Shown here one piece after another: positions 19,042 to 27,131 of a stretch of 64,000 bases of DNA. The position numbers and the translations under genes are program-made. Within the stretch, counting starts at the first letter, position 1. Every line of letters starts with the position of its first letter. The notes under the pieces are model-generated. The model was not told the origin of the DNA, searched no databases, and was given only the letters and a program-made list of their open reading frames with translations. The stretch is taken from positions 26,111 through 90,110 of the forward strand of contig CAMDNQ010000007.1 of assembly GCA_945903265.1 (NCBI GenBank), given 5' to 3'. The stretch is from Candidatus Sulfopaludibacter sp. SbA3 (lineage in GTDB: Bacteria > Acidobacteriota > Vicinamibacteria > Vicinamibacterales > UBA2999).

Positions 19042-20835
19042 GTGCCCGCTTTTCCGGCCGACGAGTACACCACGCGCCTGAATCGGCTCAGGACCGCCGC
19101 GATGCGGCTCTCTCAGGCCGACGCCCGTGTCAGCTGGATGCGTCTCGGGGTGTTCCTGGCGGCTACTGCCCTCGGAATTCTCTGGTGGCGCGGCAGCATC
19201 GGTGGCGCGTGGCCGGTTCTCGCGCTGGCGGCCTTCGCCGTCCTCGTGTCGTGGCATGACCGCCTCCTTCGGCGGGCAGACGCCGCGGCGCGCACCATTG
19301 CCTTTTACGAACGCGGGATCGCGCGGATCGAAGACCGGTGGGCGGGGAGTGGAGAAACGGGCGAGCGATTCCGCGACGAACACCATCTGTACGCCAATGA
19401 TCTCGACATCTTCGGACCCGGGTCGCTCTTCCAGCTCCTGTCGAACGCCCGGACCCGCGCGGGCGAGGAAACGCTCGCCGGCTGGCTGACGCGCCCCGCG
19501 TCCCCCCCGGACATCCGTGAACGCCAGCAGGCCGTCACCGAGCTCGGACCCGCGCTCGATCTGCGCGAAGCGCTCGCGCTCGCAGGAGCGGACGTCGCGG
19601 CCGCGGTCGATCCCGGCAATCTGACCGCGTGGGCCGAAGCGCCGCCGACACTGCGGATGCCCGTACTGCGCGTCGTGGCGGTGCTGTTCACGGTCGCCGT
19701 GGTGGCTGCGGCGTCCTATGGTTTCGCAACGGGAACCTACGGCGTCGTCGTCGCGGTGCTGCTGACACAGGCCCTCTTCGCCATTCCGCAGCGCGCCCGG
19801 TTGCAGCACGTGCTGCACGCGGCCGACGGGCCCGCACACGATCTCGATGTCGTCGCGCATGTCCTCGCACGACTGGAGCGCGAGACGTTTACGTCGCCGC
19901 GTCTGCTTGCGCTTCGGCGTGAGCTCGACACATCCGGGGTCCACGCATCCGTGGCGATCCGTCGTCTTCATCGACTCGTCGAATGGCACGACTGGCAGCA
20001 CAACCAGTTCTTTGCGCCGCTCGCCGCCGTACTTCTCTGGGGCACCCACCTGGCCTGGGCTATCGAGAGCTGGCGCCGCCGCCACGGCATCCACGTTCGG
20101 GTCTGGCTCCGCCTCGTCGGAGACTTCGAGGCGCTCAGCTCGCTGGCCGCGTACCGCTATGAGCATCCGGACGACGTGTGGCCGGCGATTGTTGAGGGGA
20201 ACGCGCTCTTCGAAGCGACCTCGCTTGGGCATCCACTTCTGCCGCGCGCACGGACGGTGCGGAACGATGTCGCGCTGTCCTCCGCGGCGCCGCTGATCAT
20301 CGTCAGTGGATCGAACATGTCTGGCAAGAGCACGTTCCTGCGCACGATCGGTATCAATGCCGTGCTCGCACTCGCCGGCGCGCCCGTGCGCGCCGAATCA
20401 CTGCGCCTCACCCCGCTGGCGATTGGGGCCACGCTGCGCATCCAGGACTCCCTGCAGGAAGGGCGATCGCGCTTCTACGCGGAAATCACGCGCATACGCC
20501 AGCTCGCAGATGCGGCCGCCGGCCCCTTACCGCTGCTCTTTCTGCTCGACGAGCTGTTCCATGGCACGAACTCACACGACAGGATGGCCGGGGGAGCGGG
20601 TGTGCTGCGAAGCCTTACCGACCGGGGCTCCATCGGACTCATCACCACGCACGATCTCGCGCTCACCTCGATCGCGGCGGACCTCGGGCCTCGAGCCGTC
20701 AACGTGCATTTCGAGGATCACTTCGAAGACGGACAGATTCTGTTCGATTACCGCGTCAAGCGAGGGCCGGTGACGCGGAGCAACGCGATTGCGCTGATGC
20801 GCGCGGTAGGCCTCGACGTACCAGACGAACGCTGA
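19042..20835 (+). CDS. membrane-anchored MutS-related ATPase (MutS domain V only)
   Basis: Hydrophobic segments in the N-terminal half (LGVFLAATALGILWW, VLRVVAVLFTVAVVAAASYGF). C-terminal Walker A GSNMSGKSTFLRTIG and Walker B LLFLLDELFHGTNSHDR. I recognised no mismatch-binding domain. GTG start. Confidence 0.72.
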   Translation: MPAFPADEYTTRLNRLRTAAMRLSQADARVSWMRLGVFLAATALGILWWRGSIGGAWPVLALAAFAVLVSWHDRLLRRADAAARTIAFYERGIARIEDRWAGSGETGERFRDEHHLYANDLDIFGPGSLFQLLSNARTRAGEETLAGWLTRPASPPDIRERQQAVTELGPALDLREALALAGADVAAAVDPGNLTAWAEAPPTLRMPVLRVVAVLFTVAVVAAASYGFATGTYGVVVAVLLTQALFAIPQRARLQHVLHAADGPAHDLDVVAHVLARLERETFTSPRLLALRRELDTSGVHASVAIRRLHRLVEWHDWQHNQFFAPLAAVLLWGTHLAWAIESWRRRHGIHVRVWLRLVGDFEALSSLAAYRYEHPDDVWPAIVEGNALFEATSLGHPLLPRARTVRNDVALSSAAPLIIVSGSNMSGKSTFLRTIGINAVLALAGAPVRAESLRLTPLAIGATLRIQDSLQEGRSRFYAEITRIRQLADAAAGPLPLLFLLDELFHGTNSHDRMAGGAGVLRSLTDRGSIGLITTHDLALTSIAADLGPRAVNVHFEDHFEDGQILFDYRVKRGPVTRSNAIALMRAVGLDVPDER

Positions 20836-20850
20836 CAAATGGAAACCGCG

Positions 20851-22050
20851 TTACCGCGGCGGTGTTGCGGTCTTCCGGGACGGATTGAAGAACGGCGTCG
20901 GAACGACTGTGGCGCCCACGCGATGCCGCGCGGCCTCGACGGTCATCTCCATCTCGAGCCGTGTCCCCGGCGCGTAAAACGGCGCGTCGATCGTGGCCAG
21001 CGCGATGAGCCGCTTCAGCATCGGCGACCAGGTGGTCGTCGTCGCCCGTCCGACCTGCTGTCCATCGCGTGTGACCGGCACCGCGACGCGGGAGGCCGCC
21101 GAGGGCGCAACCGGTGTCAGGCCGATGCGGTCGTGAACGGATTCCACGTCGGTCCAATCGACTTCGAGCCCCACAACCATCTTCGACGCCCCTCGCCGCT
21201 GTTCGGCGGCCAGCGCGTCGCGCCCCACGAACGGACGTTTGTCGAGCGTGACCAGCCGGCCGAGGCCCATCTCGAGGGGCGAATATTTCTGCGCCTCGAT
21301 GAACGCCTTTCGGCTGCTATTGAAGTCCACGTCGATGAGGAGAAGTCCGGCCTCGACTCTTGCCACGTCGAGCGCCAGCATCCCGGCCGGCTTGATGTCG
21401 AACGGCCGTCCTCCGGCGATCAGCGCGTCCCATACCCCGAGCGCCGCGTCTGCGGGCATCCAGATTTCATACCCGAGGTCGCCCGTGTATCCGGTGCGCG
21501 AGATCTCGACCGGCACGCCGCCGATGCGCCCTCTGGTCAGCCGGAAATAGCGGAGGGAATCGACGTCCGCATCCGCGACGGCGCGCAGCACCTGCGCTGA
21601 CGTCGGGCCCTGAAGCGCCAGCGCCACGACCTCTTCCGAAATGTCGTCGATCGTGACATTCAACCCGGCTGCGTTCTGCCGGAACCACCGCAGACTGGGA
21701 TCCGCCGCCGTCCACCGATAGACCGACTCCTCGAGTCGCGCGACCGTCCCATCGTCGATGACCTTGCCCGCCTCGTCGCACCAGGGGGTGTACCAGACCT
21801 GGCCGATCGTCATCCTGGTGGCGTCGCGGGTGATCACCCGGTCCACCAGGCGCATCGCATCGATGCCGCTGACGCGGTACTTGAAGAGGGGTGAAATGTC
21901 GATGAGCGCGGCGGCGTTGCGGATGGCGTTGTATTCGTGCTCGTGGTGCGACTCGTACGCGCTGACCGCGTAGTAGCCCGACCATTCGCGGTAATTGAGC
22001 GACTCGCAGAGAGGAAACGTCCGCGGATGGAAGGCGGTTCCGACCGGCAC
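20851..22050 (-). CDS. aminomethyltransferase (GcvT) family protein
   Basis: EYNAIRNAAALIDISPLFKYRVSGIDAMRLVDRVITRD is a typical GcvT/DmdA-like N-terminal domain. 399 aa. Confidence 0.78.
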   Translation of the reverse strand: MPVGTAFHPRTFPLCESLNYREWSGYYAVSAYESHHEHEYNAIRNAAALIDISPLFKYRVSGIDAMRLVDRVITRDATRMTIGQVWYTPWCDEAGKVIDDGTVARLEESVYRWTAADPSLRWFRQNAAGLNVTIDDISEEVVALALQGPTSAQVLRAVADADVDSLRYFRLTRGRIGGVPVEISRTGYTGDLGYEIWMPADAALGVWDALIAGGRPFDIKPAGMLALDVARVEAGLLLIDVDFNSSRKAFIEAQKYSPLEMGLGRLVTLDKRPFVGRDALAAEQRRGASKMVVGLEVDWTDVESVHDRIGLTPVAPSAASRVAVPVTRDGQQVGRATTTTWSPMLKRLIALATIDAPFYAPGTRLEMEMTVEAARHRVGATVVPTPFFNPSRKTATPPR

Positions 22051-22075
22051 GGGGAGATCTTATGCCGACGACCGC

Positions 22076-23119
22076 GTGGTACGATGCGCACCCGGAACCG
22101 CCTTGGACAACAGGGCTCACCTCACTCGCCGCACTTGGCTCCGCCGCGCTCTCGCCGTGACGATGACGGTCGCCGCGCACCCTCTGCATGCCAGGCAGCA
22201 GATGCAGACGCACATGCCTCCAGGCATGCCGCCTCGCGCCAAGGGCCCCCTCGTCTTTCTCGACTACGACCAGCAGGAGCTGGACGCGGCGTACGACCAG
22301 GTGCACTGGGCGCCGAATCAGGCGGAGATCGCCAGGCGCGTCGCGCAGCGCAACGTGGCGACGCTCGCGCGGATTGGACCGCCGAAGCGCTTCTCGTACG
22401 GCCCAACGCCCGTCGAACAACTCGACGTGTATGTCACCCGCCAGCCACGCGCGCCGGTGCACGTGCACATCCATGGCGGCGCATGGCGCGAAGGCGTTGC
22501 ATCCGCATCGGCATATTTGTCCGAGGTGTTCGTCGATCACGGTGCCCACTTTGTCGCAGTCGATTTCAACAACGTGCTGGAAACCAAGGGCGACCTCATG
22601 ACGCTGGCCCGCCAGGTGCGCCGTGCTGTTGCATGGGTCTCCGCGAACGCCGGAATGTTCGGCGGAGATGGGAACCGGCTTTATGTTTCGGGCTTCTCCT
22701 CTGGCGGCCACCTCGCCGCTGTCGCCGCGACCACCGACTGGGCCCGCGATTTCAAGCTGCCCGCCGGCATCATCACGGGGGCACTCTTCTGCAGCGGTAT
22801 GTACGACCTCGAGCCTGTCAGCCTGTCGGCTCGACGGACATATGTGAACTTCACGCGCGAGACGATCGACGAGCTGAGTCCTGAACGGCACCTGGCGCGC
22901 CTGCCCGCGTCGGTCATCGTCGCCCACGGCACACTCGAGACACCCGAGTTTCAGCGTCAGAACCGGCAGTTCGCCGCGGCGGTGAAGGCTGCCGGCAAGT
23001 CCGCGACGCTGCTGATTGGCGAGGGCTACAACCATTTCGAGATGATCGAAACGCTTGGCAGTCCGTATGGGCTGCTCGGCCGCGCCGCGCTGCAGCAGAT
23101 GAACCTGACGCGGTCGTGA
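22076..23119 (+). CDS. arylformamidase-like alpha/beta hydrolase
   Basis: HGGAWREG oxyanion motif and GFSSGGHLAA nucleophile elbow. The start is ambiguous: GTG 22076 gives a Tat-like TRRTWLRRALAV leader, while ATG 22163 gives none. Confidence 0.68.
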   Translation: MVRCAPGTALDNRAHLTRRTWLRRALAVTMTVAAHPLHARQQMQTHMPPGMPPRAKGPLVFLDYDQQELDAAYDQVHWAPNQAEIARRVAQRNVATLARIGPPKRFSYGPTPVEQLDVYVTRQPRAPVHVHIHGGAWREGVASASAYLSEVFVDHGAHFVAVDFNNVLETKGDLMTLARQVRRAVAWVSANAGMFGGDGNRLYVSGFSSGGHLAAVAATTDWARDFKLPAGIITGALFCSGMYDLEPVSLSARRTYVNFTRETIDELSPERHLARLPASVIVAHGTLETPEFQRQNRQFAAAVKAAGKSATLLIGEGYNHFEMIETLGSPYGLLGRAALQQMNLTRS

Positions 23120-24696
23120 CGCGCGAGTACGACGTCATTGTGATTGGCGGGGGCCACAACGGTCTCACCGCTGCCGCGTATCTGGCCCGCGCCGGTCGCA
23201 AGGTCCTCGTCCTCGAGCGGCGGCACGTGCTTGGCGGCGCCGCGGTCACCGAAGAAGTCTTCCCCGGATTCAAGTTCTCGGTCTGCTCCTACGTCGTGTC
23301 CCTCCTGCGGCCAGAGATCATCCGCGAGCTCGACCTGACGCGGCACGGACTCGAGATCCTCCCGCTGGACGGCACGTTCACGCCCATGCCGGACGGCAAT
23401 CACCTCTGGCGCATGAACGACCACGCCAGAACCCGCCGTGAAATCACGCGTCACTCCAGGGTCGACGCGGAGGCCTACGACGAATACGGCAAGGCGATGG
23501 TCGACATGGGACGGTTCGTCAAGCCGATCCTGACCATGCTGCCGCCGGATCCGACGTCGATCCATCCACGCGACCTGCGGAAGCTGCTGTTCCTCGTCGA
23601 GCGTTTTCGCGACCTCTCACGCCAGGACCAGTACAACCTGGTCCAGCTGATGACGATGAGCGCGGTCGACTTTCTCGATCAGTGGTTCGAGACGGACGTG
23701 CTCAAGGCGACGATGTCCGCATCCGGCATCATCGGGACCTTTCTCGGAGTCCGATCGCCGGGGACGGCGTACGTGCTGCTGCACCACTACATGGGCGAGA
23801 TCGATGGCGCATTCCGCTCATGGGGCCTCTCGCGCGGTGGCACGGGCGCGATCTCCGAGTCGATCGCCAGCGCTGCACGCCTGGCCGGCGTCGAGATTCG
23901 GACGCAGGCCGCGGTCGCGGGCATCACGATTCGGGACAATATCGCGCGCGGTATCGTCCTCGACAATGGCGACGAGATTGCCGCGAAGGTCGTGGCCTCG
24001 AGCCTGGATCCGCGCCAGACATTCGTGCGCTTCATCGACCGCGGCGTCCTTCCGGCCGATTTTCAGGACGATATCGATCGCTACAAGTTCCGCGGGTCGT
24101 CCGGCAAGGTGAACCTGGCGCTCGACGCACTGCCTGACTTCACCTGCATGCCGGGCACCGGCGCGCATCTTCGCGGCGCGATCTCCATTTCTCCGAGCGT
24201 CGATTACATGGAGCGCGCGTACGACTCGGCCAAGTACGGCCGGTTCTCACGCCGTCCGTATATCGACGTCGTGATTCCGTCGCTGACCGATCCGAGCGTC
24301 GCGCCGCCCGGCAAGCATGTGATGTCCTGCTTCGTCCAGTACGCGCCGTACGACCTCAGGGAAGGAACGTGGGACGAGAAACGCGAGGAGTTCGGCGATA
24401 CGGTCATTCAGACCCTCGCGGAATACGCGCCCAACCTGCCCGGGATCGTCCGCGACCGTCAGGTGCTCACCCCGCTCGACCTCGAACGCGAGTGGGGCCT
24501 CTCGGAGGGGAACATCTTCCAGGGTGAGCTCACGCTGGAGCAGCTCTTCTTCCTGCGGCCCGCGCCGGGATGGTCGCAGTACCGCACCCCCGTCAGCCAG
24601 CTCTATATGTGCGGGTCGGCCACGCATCCGGGCGGTGGCATCATGGGCGCGCCGGGCCGCAACGCGGCGCTTCGCATCCTGGCGGACACGAAATGA
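23116..24696 (+). CDS. CrtI/PYROXD2-like FAD-dependent oxidoreductase, paralog 1
   Basis: YDVIVIGGGHNGLTAAAYLARAG Rossmann motif. C-terminal LYMCGSATHPGGGIMGAPG. The GTGA start overlaps the hydrolase stop. Confidence 0.8.
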   Translation: MTREYDVIVIGGGHNGLTAAAYLARAGRKVLVLERRHVLGGAAVTEEVFPGFKFSVCSYVVSLLRPEIIRELDLTRHGLEILPLDGTFTPMPDGNHLWRMNDHARTRREITRHSRVDAEAYDEYGKAMVDMGRFVKPILTMLPPDPTSIHPRDLRKLLFLVERFRDLSRQDQYNLVQLMTMSAVDFLDQWFETDVLKATMSASGIIGTFLGVRSPGTAYVLLHHYMGEIDGAFRSWGLSRGGTGAISESIASAARLAGVEIRTQAAVAGITIRDNIARGIVLDNGDEIAAKVVASSLDPRQTFVRFIDRGVLPADFQDDIDRYKFRGSSGKVNLALDALPDFTCMPGTGAHLRGAISISPSVDYMERAYDSAKYGRFSRRPYIDVVIPSLTDPSVAPPGKHVMSCFVQYAPYDLREGTWDEKREEFGDTVIQTLAEYAPNLPGIVRDRQVLTPLDLEREWGLSEGNIFQGELTLEQLFFLRPAPGWSQYRTPVSQLYMCGSATHPGGGIMGAPGRNAALRILADTK

Positions 24697-26249
24697 CCGT
24701 CGTCGTGATCGGCGGCGGACACAACGGACTTGCCGCGGCGTTCTATCTCGCACGCGCCGGCCTCAAGCCAATCGTGATCGAACAGCGATCGACCGTCGGC
24801 GGCGGCGCCATCACCGGAGAACTGCAGCCGGGTTTCAAGTGCCCAACGCTCACACACCATGCGGCCATCGGGTCCGACATTGCGGCCGAGATGGATCTCG
24901 CGCGCCACGGACTCGACGTCCTGCGTCCCGTCGTCGATGTCTTCATCCCGGCGCCAGACGGTCCGGCTGCCGTGATGTACGTCGATGCCGCCCGCACGGC
25001 CGACGCACTGCGGCCGACGGCGCCCCGCGACGCCGAGGCATTTCTCAAGTATCGGGCGGCCATGACGGCCGTCGGCGGCGTCGTCGAGGCCTTGTTGACC
25101 GCTCCGCCGCCGGATGTCGATAGCCTCGATCCGCGCGACCTCTGGAATCTGCTGGGCGTGGGACGGCGCTTCCGCGCGCTCGGAAAGCAGGACGCCTATC
25201 GCCTCCTCCGGTGGGCGCCAATGCCGGTGGCCGATTTCGTCACGGAATGGTTTGAGTCGCCTCTGCTCCGCGCGGCGGTCTGCGGTTCGGGAGTCTCGGG
25301 GACCATGCTGGGCCCCCGGTCGGCCGGATCCACGCTGGTCCATCTTCTGCGCGACGCACACAGGCGGATGTCGGGCGGACGCATGCAGGTCCGCGGCGGC
25401 CCCGGAGCATTGACGCAGGCGATGGCAGCCGCCGCTCGGGGCGCCGGTGCCGACATCCGGGTGGGTAGCCGCGTGGACCGGATCGCCGTCGCCAATGGAG
25501 CCGTCACCGCGGTGACGGTCGACGGCCGCGACATCGCCTCCGATGCGGTGGTCTCGGCGGCCGATCCCAAAGCGACCTGCCTCGGCCTTCTCGACCCTCT
25601 CGACCTGTCGCCAGACTTCCTCTCGAAGATGGGCAACGTCCGGTCGGCAGGGACGGTCGCCAAAGTAAACCTGGCACTCTCGGCGCTGCCATCATTCGGC
25701 GCGGCGAACGCGGAGCTTCTGTCCGGCAGCATTCACATCGGACCCGACGTCGACGCCATCGAGCATGCCTTTGACCATGCGAAGTACGGCGAGCTGTCAG
25801 AAGAGCCGTGGCTCGACGTGACAATCCCGTCGGTGCTCGATCCGTCCCTCGTGCCTCCGGGCGCCCACGTCATGTCGGTATATGTCCACTACGCCCCGTA
25901 TCGGCTTCGCGGCGCCAGCTGGGATTTAATGAAGGAGATGGTGCTGACGCGAACCATGGCGATGCTCGAGCGGTATGCGCCTGGCATCGGTGCACTCGTG
26001 ATCGCCGCGGAGGTCATCACGCCCGCTGAGCTCGAGTCCACATACGGCTTCGTGGGAGGCCACATGTTTCATGGGGAACTCTCGATCGACCAGTTATTCA
26101 CGATGCGGCCGCTCCTCGGGTTCGGTGGCTACAGCACGCCCGTCCGCGGACTGTACTTGTGTGGGAGCGGCACTCACCCAGGGGGATTCATGTCCGGTGT
26201 CAGCGGTAAGCTCGCGGTCAACGCCGTCCTTACAGGGATGAAGAGATGA
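24693..26249 (+). CDS. CrtI/PYROXD2-like FAD-dependent oxidoreductase, paralog 2
   Basis: MTVVVIGGGHNGLAAAFYLARAG. C-terminal LYLCGSGTHPGGFMSGVSG. ATGA overlap with paralog 1. The track ORF start at 24570 was rejected. Confidence 0.8.
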   Translation: MTVVVIGGGHNGLAAAFYLARAGLKPIVIEQRSTVGGGAITGELQPGFKCPTLTHHAAIGSDIAAEMDLARHGLDVLRPVVDVFIPAPDGPAAVMYVDAARTADALRPTAPRDAEAFLKYRAAMTAVGGVVEALLTAPPPDVDSLDPRDLWNLLGVGRRFRALGKQDAYRLLRWAPMPVADFVTEWFESPLLRAAVCGSGVSGTMLGPRSAGSTLVHLLRDAHRRMSGGRMQVRGGPGALTQAMAAAARGAGADIRVGSRVDRIAVANGAVTAVTVDGRDIASDAVVSAADPKATCLGLLDPLDLSPDFLSKMGNVRSAGTVAKVNLALSALPSFGAANAELLSGSIHIGPDVDAIEHAFDHAKYGELSEEPWLDVTIPSVLDPSLVPPGAHVMSVYVHYAPYRLRGASWDLMKEMVLTRTMAMLERYAPGIGALVIAAEVITPAELESTYGFVGGHMFHGELSIDQLFTMRPLLGFGGYSTPVRGLYLCGSGTHPGGFMSGVSGKLAVNAVLTGMKR

Positions 26250-26776
26250 CACCCGACCTGCGATACCCCGTGGGCACGTTTGACTACTCCGTTGTTCCGG
26301 CTCCGGAACTTCGGCAACCGGCGATTGCGACGATGGCCGCCTTGCCCGCGCGTATGCGCGACGCGGTCAACGGACTGGACGACCGCCAGCTCGATACGCC
26401 GTACCGCCACGGTGGCTGGACCGTGCGTCAGGTCGTCCACCACGTCGTCGACAGTCACGCGAACGGTTTCCTCCGCACGAAGTTTGGACTGACGGAGGAC
26501 ACGCCGACCATCAAGCCGTACGACGAGAAGACCTGGGCGACGCTGGCGGACAGCCGGATGCCAGTCGATGCATCACTGGCAATCCTTGACGGATTGCACG
26601 CCCGGTGGGCGGAAATCTGGCGATCGCTGGACAACGCGCAGTTCTTGCGCACGTTTGTCCATCCTGAGATCGGCATCGTGACGCTGGAGAAGCAGCTTCA
26701 GGGTTACGCGTGGCATTCACGGCATCACGTCGCGCACATCACGGAACTTCGCCGGCGCGAGGGCTGGCTAAGGTAG
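26246..26776 (+). CDS. DinB/YfiT-family putative thiol (bacillithiol) S-transferase
   Basis: PYRHGGWTVRQVVHHVVDSHANGF and WHSRHHVAHI His-rich metal-site motifs, as in YfiT/BstA. ATGA overlap with the upstream gene. Confidence 0.75.
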   Translation: MTPDLRYPVGTFDYSVVPAPELRQPAIATMAALPARMRDAVNGLDDRQLDTPYRHGGWTVRQVVHHVVDSHANGFLRTKFGLTEDTPTIKPYDEKTWATLADSRMPVDASLAILDGLHARWAEIWRSLDNAQFLRTFVHPEIGIVTLEKQLQGYAWHSRHHVAHITELRRREGWLR

Positions 26777-26788
26777 GATAGGCACGGC

Positions 26789-27100
26789 ATGGCGGCACCG
26801 AAACCCAGAGACAAAGACGATCGCGAGATTGGCGACGCGCTCGGCATGATCGAGACGCGGGGACTCATCGGCATGATCGAGGCGGCCGACGCCATGCTGA
26901 AGACCGCCAACGTCGTGCTCGTCAGCTGGCAGAAGGTGGATGCGGGCCTCGTGACGGCGCTCATCCGCGGCGACGTGGGGTCCGTGAAGGCCGCGACCGA
27001 TGCGGGTGCCGCGGCGGCCCGCCGGGTAGGCGAGCTGATCGGCGTGCATGTCATTGCGCGCCCCTCCGACGACCTCGAAAAAATCTTCCCGATTCGCTGA
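26789..27100 (+). CDS. bacterial microcompartment shell protein, BMC-H (PduA/EutM/CcmK fold)
   Basis: [29 protein letters not shown]...[40 protein letters not shown] aligns almost residue for residue with PduA as I remember it. An AGGTAGGA Shine-Dalgarno lies about 10 nt upstream. Confidence 0.9.
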   Translation: MAAPKPRDKDDREIGDALGMIETRGLIGMIEAADAMLKTANVVLVSWQKVDAGLVTALIRGDVGSVKAATDAGAAAARRVGELIGVHVIARPSDDLEKIFPIR

Positions 27101-27131
27101 CGCCCAGTCTGGGTTCGCGCAGGACAGCGCG

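Noticed and set aside
17068-20232. 567-aa plus ORF (17068-18771) and 415-aa minus ORF (18985-20232)
   Set aside because: Both are antisense to confidently assigned genes (the MocR-type regulator and the MutS-like ATPase). Both are extremely Arg-rich with no recognisable domains, as is typical of high-GC shadow ORFs. The same reasoning applies to 977-2158(-), 21467-23035(-), 21937-22884(+), 58818-60428(+), 61039-62424(+), 14269-15135(+), 38639-39604(+) and similar entries in the track.
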